Of a stretch of DNA of 64,000 nucleotides, positions 37,385-48,238 are shown piece by piece (position 1 is the stretch's first letter; each line of letters opens with the position of its first letter). Source of the DNA: Anaerolineaceae bacterium. Lineage in GTDB: Bacteria; Chloroflexota; Anaerolineae; Anaerolineales; Anaerolineaceae. The notes beneath the pieces were generated by a model. That model searched no databases and was not told where the DNA came from. It saw nothing but the letters and a program-made list of their open reading frames with translations. Location: NCBI GenBank assembly GCA_040767065.1, contig JAXGPH010000003.1:8686-72685 (forward strand), written 5' to 3'. The translations under genes and the position numbers were made by a program.

Positions 37385-37849
37385 ATGCCAAGCTCATATT
37401 TAACCCGTGAGGGATATGAAAAATCTGAAAAGGAATTGGAATATCTCCGCACAGTCAAACGCAAGGAAGTGGCTCAGCGTCTGCAAGATGCGATGGAAGA
37501 TGGCGAACTGATCGAAAACGCCGAATACGAAGCCGCCAAAAACGAACAGGCTTTCACAGAAGGGCGCATTAAGGAACTGGAACTCCTGCTTGCAAACGCC
37601 CACATCATTGAAGATGGTGAAAGCGAAGATGGCCTTGTAACCGTCGGCTCAGAAGTGACTATCTGCGAAGAAGGCGGTCAGCCCGAAACCTACAAGATTG
37701 TTGGTCCTGTTGAGGCGAACCCCCGTGAAAAGCGGATCTCCAATGAATCGCCTATTGGCAGGGCTTTAATTAACCATCGTGTTGGTGATAAGGTTAAAAT
37801 AGAAGCTCCGGGTGGTGCTTACACTGTGGAGATTCTCAAGTGCGAGTAA
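37385..37849 (+). CDS. greA: transcription elongation factor GreA
   Basis: LTREGYEKSEKELEYL, NAEYEAAKNEQ coiled coil, C-terminal ISNESPIGRALI. Confidence 0.9.
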   Translation: MPSSYLTREGYEKSEKELEYLRTVKRKEVAQRLQDAMEDGELIENAEYEAAKNEQAFTEGRIKELELLLANAHIIEDGESEDGLVTVGSEVTICEEGGQPETYKIVGPVEANPREKRISNESPIGRALINHRVGDKVKIEAPGGAYTVEILKCE

Positions 37850-37865
37850 TTGCTTGAATCCCCAA

Positions 37866-37899
37866 AGCCCCACCATTTATCACGGTGGGGCTTATTTTA
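37866..37899 (+). terminator. intrinsic terminator after greA
   Basis: agccccacc-N9-ggtggggct followed by a tatttta tail. Confidence 0.55.
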
Positions 37900-37915
37900 A
37901 TGTAAAGGACAAACC

Positions 37916-39460
37916 ATGCTAACAGATCACTTTTCCGAACTTGAAAACCTTCGCCTGGAAAAAATGCAGCAACTGCGTCAGAACGGGATAGAACCTTACC
38001 CAACCCGTTCCTACAAGAATTCCAACAACGCCGATGCCATCAAGGCATTCGAAGCCCGCGAAGCTGCCGGCGAGACAGAGGAACTTAAGCTGACCTTGGC
38101 GGGTCGCTTGCGCGCCATACGCAATATGGGCAAGCTTTCGTTTGCCCATATCGAAGATCGCAGCGGCAGGATTCAGCTCTTTATGCGCATCAACGAACTT
38201 GGGCAGGAAAAACTCGATCAGTTTGTGCGATTCTTTGACCTCGGTGACTTTATCGAAGCCACCGGTAGCATGGTACGCACCAAGCGCGGAGAAGTCACCC
38301 TGCAGGTTGAGGATTTCAGAATGCTCTCCAAAGCGCTCTATCAACTGCCGGCCGCCAAGGACGAAGTGGTTGACGGAGAAGTCATCCGCCATGCAGCCCT
38401 GACCGACCCCGAAACCCGCTATCGCCAACGCTATGTCGACCTCGCAGTCAACCCTGAAGTTCGTGAGATCTTCCGCATGCGTACGGAAATTATCAAGGCA
38501 TTGCGTGAATTTCTTGACGACCGTGGCTTCCAGGAAGTGGAAACCCCCATCTTGCAGCCTATTTATGGTGGAGCGGCAGCCAAACCTTTCACCACCTACC
38601 ACAACCAGCTTCACCAGCAGCTCTTCCTGCGCGTGAGTTTTGAGCTTTACCTGAAGCGTTTGCTGGTTGGCGGTCTGGATCGCGTTTATGAAATCGGTCG
38701 GGATTTTCGCAATGAAGGGGTATCCTTCAAACATAACCCCGAGTTTACCCAGCTTGAGTTCTACATGGCCTACGCTGACTACAACACGATCATGGAAATG
38801 ACAGAGCAGATGGTTGCGCAGGTGGCTCAGCGCGTCCTGGGCACGATGGTCATCGAATACGAAGGACATAAAATCAACCTCACGCCTCCATGGAACCGAA
38901 TGCAGATCCGCCAGGGTCTGATAGATCATGCCGGCATTGATATCCAGGAATATCCCACTGCTGAAGGCTTGGCGGATGTCATGAAAGCCCGTCAGATCCC
39001 CTTCAAACCAGGAACTCCGCGCGGTAAGCTGATCAATGCCTTAATGGAAACCTACCTGGAACCGGTCATGATCCAGCCGACCTTTCTCTACGATTACCCG
39101 CGCGACATCTCGCCCCTGGCCAAGGCAAAACCTGAGGACCCCAATACGGTGGAACGTTTTGAGGGATACATCGGCGGGGTGGAGCTTTGCAACGCCTTTA
39201 CTGAGCTGAATGACCCACTTGACCAGGAAAAACGGTTCCTGGAACTTGGGCGTGCCTATACCGAAGACGATGAGGAGCGTAATCCCATGGATGAAGACTT
39301 CCTGCGCGCCCTGGCTTACGGTATGCCACCTGCCGGCGGGTTTGGCATCGGTGTGGATCGGTTTGTGATGCTGCTTACAGGTCAGCATACTTTGCGCGAA
39401 GTAATCCTCTTCCCTCCCTTACGCCAGGAAGATAACGCTGTCCCCGAAGCGGCAGAATAA
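37916..39460 (+). CDS. lysS: lysine--tRNA ligase (class II)
   Basis: OB-fold N-terminus, RQRYVDL, FRNEG, and [15 protein letters not shown] in the class II motif 3 region. Confidence 0.9.
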   Translation: MLTDHFSELENLRLEKMQQLRQNGIEPYPTRSYKNSNNADAIKAFEAREAAGETEELKLTLAGRLRAIRNMGKLSFAHIEDRSGRIQLFMRINELGQEKLDQFVRFFDLGDFIEATGSMVRTKRGEVTLQVEDFRMLSKALYQLPAAKDEVVDGEVIRHAALTDPETRYRQRYVDLAVNPEVREIFRMRTEIIKALREFLDDRGFQEVETPILQPIYGGAAAKPFTTYHNQLHQQLFLRVSFELYLKRLLVGGLDRVYEIGRDFRNEGVSFKHNPEFTQLEFYMAYADYNTIMEMTEQMVAQVAQRVLGTMVIEYEGHKINLTPPWNRMQIRQGLIDHAGIDIQEYPTAEGLADVMKARQIPFKPGTPRGKLINALMETYLEPVMIQPTFLYDYPRDISPLAKAKPEDPNTVERFEGYIGGVELCNAFTELNDPLDQEKRFLELGRAYTEDDEERNPMDEDFLRALAYGMPPAGGFGIGVDRFVMLLTGQHTLREVILFPPLRQEDNAVPEAAE

Positions 39461-39769
39461 TTTAATTGCGATAGACAAAAAAGTGGTTTCTGTCATTTTT
39501 GTTGTGCGTATTTCTTTATGAATACCGCGCAGCTCGCTGCATCGGTTTGAAGCTTAAAGAGGCGGATGACGATCTTGCGAAGGCGTAATACCCTGCGAGC
39601 TTGCTCCGGGGACAGCCTGAGCAAATCCGCCGATATTTATTGTTGAAAGATCGCAATTCAAGCCAGCGGTGCACTTTCTGTGAAAAACTTCTTTTTGAAG
39701 CAACAATAATTGCGTTAGAATCAAATTGATCTACAAGTGTCTGGTGTGAGTCTTGCAACGAAAGCAATT

Positions 39770-40390
39770 ATGGAAGAGACCGAACTGATTACACTTGCTG
39801 TTGCTGGGGATCTTGATGCCTTTAACGAACTCGTGCTTCAACACCAGGAAGTCGCTTATAATGTAGCCTATCGAATCCTGGCAGACGAAAACGCGGCTGC
39901 GGACGCAACTCAGAATGCTGTTATCTCCATGTATCGCAAGCTGGACACCTATCGCGGCGGATCCTTTAAAAGTTGGTTTTTACGCATCGTGACCAATGCC
40001 TGCTATGACGAACTGCGCCGACAGCGCCGCAGACCGACCATCCCGATCGAACCGGAGACCAATAGCGGTGAGTTAGTTGAATCGCCTGAGTGGTTGGAGG
40101 ATAAATCCGCTGGTCCTGAAGAGGTGCTTGGAACATCTGAGATTGAGAAAGCTATTCAACACTGCCTGACAGGGCTCGACAAAAAATTCCGTGTGGTGAT
40201 CACCCTGGTGGACATCTCGGGGGTGGATTACGAGACAGTAGCGCAGATCATAGGGAGTCCCATTGGTACGGTTAAGAGCCGTCTGGCTCGCGCGCGCCTC
40301 AAAATGCAGCAATGCCTGCAGGGTTTCAGGGAACTTTTACCAGACCAATTTCGTCATATTACCGATGAAAATGATGAACATGCAAGCTAA
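39770..40390 (+). CDS. ECF-type RNA polymerase sigma-70 family factor
   Basis: Region 2 is FNELVLQHQEVAYNVAYRIL..DATQNAVISMYRKLDTYRGGSFKSWFLRIVTNACYDELR. Region 4 is DYETVAQIIGSPIGTVKSRLARAR. Confidence 0.8.
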   Translation: MEETELITLAVAGDLDAFNELVLQHQEVAYNVAYRILADENAAADATQNAVISMYRKLDTYRGGSFKSWFLRIVTNACYDELRRQRRRPTIPIEPETNSGELVESPEWLEDKSAGPEEVLGTSEIEKAIQHCLTGLDKKFRVVITLVDISGVDYETVAQIIGSPIGTVKSRLARARLKMQQCLQGFRELLPDQFRHITDENDEHAS

Positions 40391-41225
40391 AATCTCTGAA
40401 AAGGAAATGACGCTGCTGTGCGAATACCTCGATAACGAGTTGTCTATAAAAGACCGCGCGCGATTTGAGAAGCGCCTGCAGCAATCCCCCGAGCTAATCC
40501 AGGCTCTGGAGGATATGACTGCGTTAAAGCAAAATATACGCAGCCTGCCTTGCAGACCTGTGCCTCATCAATTTACTCTTACTCGCAGTGAAGCTGAAAA
40601 AGCCCGACGTGGTCGCTTTTTACTGCCAGCTTTCGGTTGGGCGAGCGCCATCTGCATGATGCTACTGGTTGTCATTTTTGGTAGTGAGTTTATTTTCGCA
40701 AATTTTTCAGCCCCACAAACCGTATCAGAGCCAACTGCTTTAGCTCTGCAAAGTGAATTTGCCCCTGAAAGTGCCCCGGCTGAGACTCGCTCAGCTCAGC
40801 CAGTTTACCTACTCAACTGGGAGTCGGTAGGTGGAAAAGGTGGCGGCGCCTGGGGCGGTGAATTAGTAACCGGCAATCTGTCAGCTGGAAAGGGCGGTGG
40901 GCTCACCGGCACAACTGCTGAAGATACAATGATGGTTGAACCAATGCAGACTGAAGAAGATATGGAGCCAGCCGAAGAGGCAAGGATGCTTGCTGGAGAG
41001 GGAATGCCACCGGTTGAGCCTTTGATCTTTGGGATCCGTGAGGAACAGTTGGGGCAGGTTATCGCTATCGAGCCCGTTGAGACCCCGGCACCCAGAGTGG
41101 CAGCGGTGGAGGAAGTTGTGGAGCAGGAGAAAGAGCCGCTCGTCCCGACAAATGTTAAATTGATCCTGGCTGGTCTTACCGCGGTGTTTGGTTTGATCTG
41201 GCTGACACTGAAATTCAAACGCTGA
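40365..41225 (+). CDS. putative anti-sigma factor (single TM)
   Basis: The N-terminus LLCEYLDNELSIKDRARFEKRLQQSPEL is the anti-sigma zf-HC2-like region. The TM is LLPAFGWASAICMMLLVVIF. Its start overlaps the sigma gene end, and there is a second hydrophobic segment at the C-terminus. Confidence 0.5.
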   Translation: MKMMNMQAKISEKEMTLLCEYLDNELSIKDRARFEKRLQQSPELIQALEDMTALKQNIRSLPCRPVPHQFTLTRSEAEKARRGRFLLPAFGWASAICMMLLVVIFGSEFIFANFSAPQTVSEPTALALQSEFAPESAPAETRSAQPVYLLNWESVGGKGGGAWGGELVTGNLSAGKGGGLTGTTAEDTMMVEPMQTEEDMEPAEEARMLAGEGMPPVEPLIFGIREEQLGQVIAIEPVETPAPRVAAVEEVVEQEKEPLVPTNVKLILAGLTAVFGLIWLTLKFKR

Positions 41226-41247
41226 GCTCTTACTCAATGAATGTTTA

Positions 41248-41274
41248 AAGTCCGGGACGCAATCCCGGACTTTT
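41248..41274. terminator. bidirectional hairpin between the convergent anti-sigma and metK genes
   Basis: aaagtccggga-cgca-atcccggacttt flanked by A/T runs. Confidence 0.55.
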
Positions 41275-41297
41275 ATTTGGATTAATGAAAGGTTTTG

Positions 41298-42533
41298 TTA
41301 TGCGGTCAGAAGACGAATTGCTTCTTTGAGAGCATCCGTTCGGTCGGTTCTTTCCCAAGTCAGATCGAGATCATCGCGACCAAAGTGCCCATAGGCAGCC
41401 AGTTGGCGATAAATCGGACGCAGAAGGTCAAGGTCGTGAATGATAGCCCGGGGGCGTAGGTCGAAGACCTTGCTGATTGCCTGGACGATTTTGTCATCAT
41501 CCACTACACCAGTACCGAAAGTTTCCACGTTGATGCTCAGTGGATGGGCAATACCGATGGCATACGAAACCTGCACTTCGCAGCGATCGGCTAAACCAGC
41601 GGCGACCACGTTCTTTGCCACCCAGCGGGCTGCGTACGCGGCAGAGCGGTCAACCTTGGTCGGGTCTTTACCGCTGAAGGCGCCGCCACCGTGCCTTCCC
41701 ATGCCGCCGTAGGTGTCCACGATGATCTTACGTCCGGTCAGACCGGCATCTCCCATCGGACCACCGATAACAAAACGACCGGTCGGGTTGATGTAGATCT
41801 CGGTTTCCTGGTCCATCAATTCAGCGGGGATGACAGCCTTGATGACATGTTCCAGAATATCGCCCTCAATGCGTTCGTGGCTGACTTCCTCGTGGTCCAA
41901 CTGGTCGGCGTGTTGACTGCTGATGACGATCGTGTGGATGCGAACAGGTTTGCCATAGTGATATTCCACAGTGACCTGGCTCTTGCCGTCGGGGTACATC
42001 CATGGCAGGGTGCCATTTTTGCGGACTTCTGCCATGCGGCGGGTGAGCTTGTGGGCATAATAGATCGGCATCGGCATCAGGGTCTCGGTTTCAGTGCAGG
42101 CAAAACCAAACATCATGCCTTGGTCACCAGCGCCGCCGGCTTCGATATAAGCTTCGTTATATTCAACGACTTCTTTCAAGCCGTTCCGATCCACGCCCCT
42201 GGAAATATCCAGGCTCTGATTGGATAACGCCACCAGGACGCCGCAGGTGGAGCCATCGAAGCCCTTTTTGCCGCGGTCATAGCCGATGTCATTGATTACT
42301 TCACGCACGAGGGCGTCGATGTCGACATAAGTCTTGGTGGTCACTTCGCCGTAAGTCAGAACAAAACCGGTCTTGATGGCTGTTTCGCAGGCAACCCGAC
42401 TGGATTTGTCGTCCTTGATCATGGCATCCAGGATCGCGTCGCTGATCTGATCGCACATTTTGTCCGGATGACCTTCAGTGACCGATTCGGACGTGAACAG
42501 GTATTTGGGTGATTTCATAAAAGCTGTTGTCAT
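41298..42533 (-). CDS. metK: S-adenosylmethionine synthetase
   Basis: [38 protein letters not shown]. Confidence 0.95.
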   Translation of the reverse strand: MTTAFMKSPKYLFTSESVTEGHPDKMCDQISDAILDAMIKDDKSSRVACETAIKTGFVLTYGEVTTKTYVDIDALVREVINDIGYDRGKKGFDGSTCGVLVALSNQSLDISRGVDRNGLKEVVEYNEAYIEAGGAGDQGMMFGFACTETETLMPMPIYYAHKLTRRMAEVRKNGTLPWMYPDGKSQVTVEYHYGKPVRIHTIVISSQHADQLDHEEVSHERIEGDILEHVIKAVIPAELMDQETEIYINPTGRFVIGGPMGDAGLTGRKIIVDTYGGMGRHGGGAFSGKDPTKVDRSAAYAARWVAKNVVAAGLADRCEVQVSYAIGIAHPLSINVETFGTGVVDDDKIVQAISKVFDLRPRAIIHDLDLLRPIYRQLAAYGHFGRDDLDLTWERTDRTDALKEAIRLLTA

Positions 42534-42555
42534 TGTGTAAACCTCCTCAGGTTAC

Positions 42556-42587
42556 GAAAAAAATGCCCCTGCAAGTGAGGGGCATTC
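42556..42587 (-). terminator. SAM riboswitch expression-platform terminator
   Basis: The minus strand reads gaatgcccctcacttgcaggggcattc followed by a T7 run, upstream of the GGAGG RBS of metK. Confidence 0.7.
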
Positions 42588-42603
42588 CGCTTGGTATGCT
42601 ATA

Positions 42604-42704
<101 letters not shown>

Positions 42705-42893
42705 CCGCAAGGGCTATGTAGTTGCGTTGTGTTATACCACAAGCTAATCAGGCAGGCAAGGGGAATAAAGAAACAAAGGAAAAAAAGAAACTTTGGAATT
42801 AAGAAGCTTGTTGTAATGTGGTCAGCAGATGGTATACACTTTGGATAAAATAGGTTATGCTTAAGCGTCGTTCAAAGATTGGAGGAGATCAAT

Positions 42894-43451
42894 ATGATTG
42901 ATGAACTGATAAAAGAGTCCAAGCAACGCATGCAAGGCGCGTTGGATGTGTTGGAAGATGATTTGATCGCGATCCGAACCGGCCGGGCATCACCCGCACT
43001 GGTGGAGAGACTGCAGGTTGAGTATTATGGTTCCAACCTCTCATTGATTCAACTTGCCACTATCAGTGTGCCAGAATCACGCCAGCTGCTCATCCGTCCC
43101 TTTGATTCCTCATCGCTCAAAGCTATTGAGCGTGCCATCCAGACCTCAGATCTGGGTCTTACTCCCAATAGCGATGGTAAGGTCATCCGCCTTAACCTGC
43201 CGCCCCTCACAGAAGAACGCCGGCGCGACCTGGTGAAGATGGTCCATTCACGCCTCGAGGATTGCCGCGTTGCCATCCGCAACATTCGGCGCGACAGCCT
43301 GAAGGACTTGCGAGAGTTTGAAAAGGAAAAATTGATTTCTGAGGACGAACTAAAAAAAGCTGAAGAAGATTTGCAGGATCTGACCAATGAAATGATCGCT
43401 GAGGTGGATATCATCGGCGACCGTAAAGAAAAAGAGATCATGGAATTCTAA
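42894..43451 (+). CDS. frr: ribosome recycling factor
   Basis: [40 protein letters not shown] at 42894, preceded by a GGAGGAG RBS. Confidence 0.9.
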   Translation: MIDELIKESKQRMQGALDVLEDDLIAIRTGRASPALVERLQVEYYGSNLSLIQLATISVPESRQLLIRPFDSSSLKAIERAIQTSDLGLTPNSDGKVIRLNLPPLTEERRRDLVKMVHSRLEDCRVAIRNIRRDSLKDLREFEKEKLISEDELKKAEEDLQDLTNEMIAEVDIIGDRKEKEIMEF

Positions 43452-43453
43452 GT

Positions 43454-44164
43454 ATGTCTGAAACAACCAATCGCGTGCCGGTACATGTCGGCATTATTAT
43501 GGATGGAAACGGTCGCTGGGCAACAAAGCGGGGTTTGCCGCGGCTGGCTGGGCACCGAGCAGGCACGCAGAACTTGCGCCGCATCATCCGTGCTGCCGCT
43601 GACGCCGGCATTAAGCACCTGACCTTCTTTGCCTTCTCGACCGAAAACTGGAGCCGACCGGAAGAAGAGGTGAGCGGCTTGATGAGTCTTTTGGGGGAAT
43701 TCATCGAATCTGAAACCCCCGAACTGCACAAGGAAGGCGCGCGCCTGCTTCACATTGGTCATCTTGAACACCTCGAATTGCAATTACGCGAGAAAATCAA
43801 AAATGCGATTGAGCTGACCAAAAACAACACCCTAATTGACGTTATCTTCGCCATCAGTTACGGTGGGCGTGACGAGATTGTTACCGCAGTCAGGAAGATC
43901 GTCGCGGCGGGAATCCCAACTGAGGAAATAACCCAACAAACTCTGTCCGATCATATGTTTACTGCGGGCATTCCGGACCCTGACCTGATCATCCGAACTT
44001 CCGGCGAATTGCGCACCAGTAACTTCCTCACATGGCAAAGCGTTTACAGTGAGTGGGCTTTTCCGGAAGTGCTATGGCCGGATTTCGACGAAGCCACCCT
44101 GGCGGAGATCCTGGAAGATTTCTCCCAACGTGAACGTCGCTTTGGCGGGTTGAGCAAAAAGTGA
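43454..44164 (+). CDS. uppS: isoprenyl transferase (undecaprenyl diphosphate synthase family)
   Basis: HVGIIMDGNGRWA, FAFSTENWSRP, and RTSGELRTSNFLTWQ motifs. Confidence 0.9.
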   Translation: MSETTNRVPVHVGIIMDGNGRWATKRGLPRLAGHRAGTQNLRRIIRAAADAGIKHLTFFAFSTENWSRPEEEVSGLMSLLGEFIESETPELHKEGARLLHIGHLEHLELQLREKIKNAIELTKNNTLIDVIFAISYGGRDEIVTAVRKIVAAGIPTEEITQQTLSDHMFTAGIPDPDLIIRTSGELRTSNFLTWQSVYSEWAFPEVLWPDFDEATLAEILEDFSQRERRFGGLSKK

Positions 44165-44976
44165 TGCTGCGCCAGCGGGTACTCTCAGCCTTGATTTTTG
44201 TGCCCTTGGTCTTGGGTCTGGTATGGCTTGGGGGGATTACCTTTAATTTATTTCTGTTAGTTGTATTGGCATATGCGGGTTTTGAATATACCCGTATGCT
44301 TCAAAACTCAGGGTATAAGGTTTCTTATCCGCTGATGATTGCATCCATTGGCATGTTGGCCTTACTGCGCATATTCTTGACCGCTTGGCTGGAGCTGCTG
44401 GCATGGACGGTAATCCTGATGGTGCTGGGCATTTACAGTCTCTGGCAGTACGAGCATGGAGATGAGAAAGCCTTTATCAGCCTGGGGCTGCAGGTTTTTG
44501 GCGTGTTCTTTATTGGCGTGTTGGGGGCTTATGGCATCTCACTCAATCAAAGCCAGCCGCATGGAAATCTGTGGCTGCTGGTGACGATTACATTGGTGTG
44601 GCTGGTGGACGCCGGCGCTTATCTAATCGGCAGTAGGTTTGGAAAGCGCAACATCCTGCCCAGACTCAGCCCGAAAAAGACGCTTGAAGGCTTGATTGGT
44701 GGCACGCTGGTGGGATTGCTTTCGGGGGTGTTGATTGGCTGGCTTCTGCGCAAGCCTGTGCCGGAGTTGGGTCTGTTCACCGGAGCACTTTTAGGGCTGA
44801 TAATGAGCCCCACTGCGTTCTTTGGGGATACGCTGATGAGCCTGATCAAACGCACGCTGATGGTGAAGGATACCGGCAGCCTGATCCCGGGTCACGGCGG
44901 TGTGCTCGACCGGCTGGATTCGATGCTCTGGGCGATGGCAGTGGGGTATTATTTTTTCATGTTTTTTGGTTCGTAA
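44161..44976 (+). CDS. cdsA: phosphatidate cytidylyltransferase
   Basis: Polytopic membrane protein with SPKKTLEG and the C-terminal KRTLMVKDTGSLIPGHGGVLDRLDS signature. Confidence 0.85.
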   Translation: MMLRQRVLSALIFVPLVLGLVWLGGITFNLFLLVVLAYAGFEYTRMLQNSGYKVSYPLMIASIGMLALLRIFLTAWLELLAWTVILMVLGIYSLWQYEHGDEKAFISLGLQVFGVFFIGVLGAYGISLNQSQPHGNLWLLVTITLVWLVDAGAYLIGSRFGKRNILPRLSPKKTLEGLIGGTLVGLLSGVLIGWLLRKPVPELGLFTGALLGLIMSPTAFFGDTLMSLIKRTLMVKDTGSLIPGHGGVLDRLDSMLWAMAVGYYFFMFFGS

Positions 44977-44984
44977 ATAACAGG

Positions 44985-45600
44985 GCAGACACGATCCCTT
45001 ATTTGCCATAAGACCATCTTAAGGAAAAGACCTGCCTGTTCCACAACTTCTTGGTTGACGCAACCCGCAAGGGGAGGCTTTGCATGTGGTTACATGGGCA
45101 GACACAGGGTCTGCCCATGTAAAAGAACCGTGTTTACCCGAATAATTGCCATATTGAAAAACGCAATCCGGCCCACTCCATTTATTTTGATCGCTCCGGG
45201 CAGACAGGGGGCCTGCCCCTACATGAAACGATCTCAATCGAGAAAATCAATGCGGATGGACGCGAGGCCCATCCCTACGGTGGGTCCAACTCGTACGGTG
45301 GGGGTTTACTCCCACCGCGCTATCTAATCGTCAGGTTGCAATAGGTGAGGCACCCTTTCGTTCTCACCGGTCTCCCGTCCGTGCGAGATTTTTGAGCGTC
45401 AGGCCACATTTGGCAGCCCTTGGCGACTCCTGGGCAGGCACAGGGGGTTGACCCTACAAAATGAATGCCCATGTAGGGGTAACCCCCATGGTTATCCATG
45501 TACGAAAGCCGGATTGAAAAACGCAATCCAGTGACCCTCATGTGGTTACATGGGCAGACGCGAGGGGTTTGCGCATTATGCCCGCACTCGTCATTAGACC
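44985..45600. repeat. cluster of short palindromic repeats (GGGCAGAC-loop-GTCTGCCC type)
   Basis: Hairpins at about 45094-45118, 45198-45222, 45421-45445 and 45552-45575, usually followed by CTAC/CATG. The motif attgaaaaacgcaatcc is duplicated. The same hairpin family occurs at 13697-13720 and 59742-59766. Confidence 0.55.
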
Positions 45601-45635
45601 ACCGTAGTGAAAAGACCTGCCTTATCCTTGTCTTC

Positions 45636-45908
45636 AGCATGCGTAGATGCGATCTGGCTTCTTGCGATTGAGGGCGGTTTCCAACCCTCCTTCAAAATAG
45701 TCTCGGCGAACCTTGCTCACAGTTACGGTGGATACATCGAATGCTTCACAGATCACCTGATAATTCCAATCCGTTCCCTCGGTACTACTGTCTGACTTCA
45801 ACAATATCTGCGCTCGGCGCGGTTTCCGGCTGGCGCTGTACCGGAAGAAATGAACTGCCTTAATTGGGAACGTTCAACTTCGCTTAGTTTGATCTGATAT
45901 TTTGGTTC
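45636..45908 (-). pseudogene. N-terminal remnant of an IS630-family transposase (HTH region), frameshifted and truncated
   Basis: KYQIKLSEVERSQLRQFISSGTAPA is followed, after a 1-nt shift, by RKPRRAQILLKSDSSTEGTDWNYQVICEAFDVSTVTVSKVRRDYFEGGLETALNRKKPDR and then a stop. No DDE domain follows. Confidence 0.6.
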
Positions 45909-46043
45909 ATGGCGGTTGTCTTTTGCAGGTGTGTGGTTTGCAAAAAAGGTGGCATATTCCATGCAAAGTCTAACGTTTAGGTTGGATAGACTGCCAGCCG
46001 CCTCTGCTGCGCAACCTGAATTGAACAAATCTGGCTCTCGATA

Positions 46044-46865
46044 TTACCTCTCACGCTCGGTTACTGGAAGATCGCCTAACAGCAGCGTGGGTGTGATACC
46101 TTTATCCGTCAGGATCACCTTGGCGTTATCCTTCAGCGAGGCTTCCACCATCTCGATTTGCTTCAGTGCCTGGGCATTTCCGACAAAGTATTTCTCAGCC
46201 GATTCATTGACAAGCCTGATTGCCTCTGCCCGCCCTTCAGCAACCTTAATAGCCGCCTCACGTTCGCCTTCAGCCCGCTGGATTGCCGCCAATTTCTGTT
46301 GTTCAGCCGCCTCGAACTCACCCGTTGCCAGCAGCCTCATTGAGCGCCGCTCCTGCTCGGCTGTTTTCTGTTTGTGCATCGCCTTTTTGATATCCTCAGG
46401 TGGGTCGATCAGGCGAATTTCCACTTTGCTTACTGTCAGCCCCCATTCCACCGCGAAGTTGCCCAAAACAGCTTTGAGGTTCGTTGCGATTTTCTCCCTG
46501 GCAACCAGGCTCTCGTCCAGAGTCAAGTCGCCGAACTCCTGCCGCAGGTTGGTCATCGCCAGTTGAATTATGGCTCGTTTCCAATCATCGATATTGTAGA
46601 ATGTGCGCTTGATCGAATCTTCGTCAGTAGATGGACGCACCCACATGACGCCGTCAACCGAGATTTCGACATTATCCTTGGTAATGACAGATTGGGGCAT
46701 GATGTCCATGGTATGCTCGCGAATATCCCGAACCCGCACTAATTGCAAAAAAGGTAACTGCAAGCCCAAGCCAGGAAGTACAAAGCGGGTATATTTTCCC
46801 AGCGTTTCCTGGATGCCTCGTTCGTAGGGTCGTAAGGTAAAAATGGGGGTTACTATGGTTCTCAT
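46044..46865 (-). CDS. SPFH/band-7 (stomatin-like) domain protein lacking an obvious N-terminal membrane anchor
   Basis: The SPFH core is PYERGIQETLGKYTRFVLPGLG..VITKDNVEISVDGVMWVR..EWGLTVSKVEIRLIDPPEDI, followed by an Ala/Glu-rich coiled coil. Confidence 0.85.
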   Translation of the reverse strand: MRTIVTPIFTLRPYERGIQETLGKYTRFVLPGLGLQLPFLQLVRVRDIREHTMDIMPQSVITKDNVEISVDGVMWVRPSTDEDSIKRTFYNIDDWKRAIIQLAMTNLRQEFGDLTLDESLVAREKIATNLKAVLGNFAVEWGLTVSKVEIRLIDPPEDIKKAMHKQKTAEQERRSMRLLATGEFEAAEQQKLAAIQRAEGEREAAIKVAEGRAEAIRLVNESAEKYFVGNAQALKQIEMVEASLKDNAKVILTDKGITPTLLLGDLPVTERER

Positions 46866-47017
46866 AATTGGTCCTTGATCTCAAATCCCGATATGTCCAT
46901 TGGTCTGATACAGCTCAAATTTTACGCCTGCATACTGATTATTAAATTAATAATAGCAAAGCAACAGGCAGATGTCAAACTTAATCGTGTCTACGGCGCC
47001 TTTTCATTTCTGTATTA

Positions 47018-47353
47018 TTACATGCTGATGACTTTTTCCCCTTCTAGCAGCGCGGCAAATATTCCGGGCATGCCGCCTGTCTTACCAACCCTCACCTTGT
47101 CTGTCAGCTCAAAGTTCTCCAGGCATGTAGAGCAGATTGTCAGCTCCATCCCCGCTGCTGCCAGTATCCTCACCCAATCCAGCATCGGCGAGCCTTCACA
47201 CACCAGTTTCACACCTTTAGCATAAAACACAACCTAAGCGGGCTTCTCTTCTTCCTGGGCTGCCAGGCTCAGAAATTTCACAGCCAGGGTTTGCGGCCAA
47301 TTTTCCGGAGCATCCCCCATCCCATTATGGGTAAACAAAAAGACGGTCTTCAT
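47018..47353 (-). pseudogene. DsrE-like (YedF C-terminal-domain-like) protein with an in-frame TAG
   Basis: MKTVFLFTHNGMGDAPE..EEKPA, then a stop, then VVFYAKGVKLVCEGSPMLDWVRILAAAGMELTICSTCLENFELTDKVRVGKTGGMPGIF..GEKVISM. A single frame of 112 codons, with the TAG at 47234-47236. Confidence 0.6.
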
Positions 47354-47444
47354 TGGCTCTCCTACTGGATGTGCATGGGCGGCTTGAAGCCCTCCAAAAA
47401 ACCCGGGATCTCAGCTTAATGTCAGTTCCGGGCCATCTGAATCA

Positions 47445-48150
47445 CAACTACCCGCTATGCGGGTGGTTTGCACTGAGGCTATAAGCCTTGTTCTCTAGCC
47501 AGCGCCTCAAGGCGCTGGCTTTCTCTTCGTTCAAGCCACCTTGCACTTGTCTCTTTTGCCGCCCCTCAAGGGGCTATCTCTTATCTCTTCTGTTCAAATG
47601 GGTCCTGGTATTCCTTCACACTCAACCGGTCTACCGCCTGATCCCTTTGTTCTTGCTCTGCTATGTACTTCTTGATTGTCTCTTCATTCATTCCCACTGT
47701 ACTCACATAGTATCCCTCACACCAGAAGTGCCGGTTCCCATATTTGTACTTCAGGTTCGCATGCCTCTCAAAGATCATCAGCGCACTCTTCCCCTTCAGG
47801 TATCCCATCACACTCGATACACTGTACTTCGGTGGAATACTCAACAACATGTGGATGTGATCCGGCATCATGTGCCCTTCGATGATCTCCACCCCCTTAT
47901 ACTTGCACAATTCCACCAGAATCTCTTTTATGTCTTCCCGTATTTGATTGTAGATTATTTTTCGCCTATACTTTGGCGTGAATACGATGTGATATTTGCA
48001 CATCCATTTCGTGTGTGCCAGACTGTCTGTTTTATTGGCCATACAAAACACCTTTCCTCTCTGGTCTGTGGCTTGAACACTCACATTCTATCGGAAGGGT
48101 GTTTTGGTTTGGGTCTAACCCTTTGCCCCCACCCGCATAGCGGGTGATTT
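47445..48150 (-). mobile_element. IS200/IS605-family insertion sequence (tnpA only)
   Basis: A Y1 transposase gene flanked by subterminal hairpins cccgctatgcggg (47450-47462) and cccgcatagcggg (48132-48144). Extra hairpins lie at 47495-47518 and about 47557-47573. The boundaries are approximate. Confidence 0.7.
47581..48042 (-). CDS. tnpA: IS200/IS605 family transposase TnpA (Y1 HUH)
   Basis: HTKWMCKYHIVFTPKYRRK, the HUH motif MPDHIHMLLSIPP, and the catalytic Tyr region GYYVSTVG. Confidence 0.85.
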   Translation of the reverse strand: MANKTDSLAHTKWMCKYHIVFTPKYRRKIIYNQIREDIKEILVELCKYKGVEIIEGHMMPDHIHMLLSIPPKYSVSSVMGYLKGKSALMIFERHANLKYKYGNRHFWCEGYYVSTVGMNEETIKKYIAEQEQRDQAVDRLSVKEYQDPFEQKR

Positions 48151-48238
48151 TTGTCTCTTCGTTTCACGAGTTCGACTGCCTAAAGGCGTAATATATACCA
48201 GGCTCGGGTTGAGCCTGGCATAGCACAGTTATCGAAGT

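Noticed and set aside
37919-38929. 336-aa ORF on the minus strand inside lysS. Similar long antisense ORFs occur at 14897..15790 (opposite the C26 amidotransferase and murI), 21865..22767 (opposite the ABC permease), 29674..30330, 31880..32482 and 47488..48147 (opposite tnpA).
   Set aside because: Each lies entirely antisense to a gene with strong family motifs. None has recognisable motifs, and all have skewed low-complexity composition. They are typical shadow ORFs.
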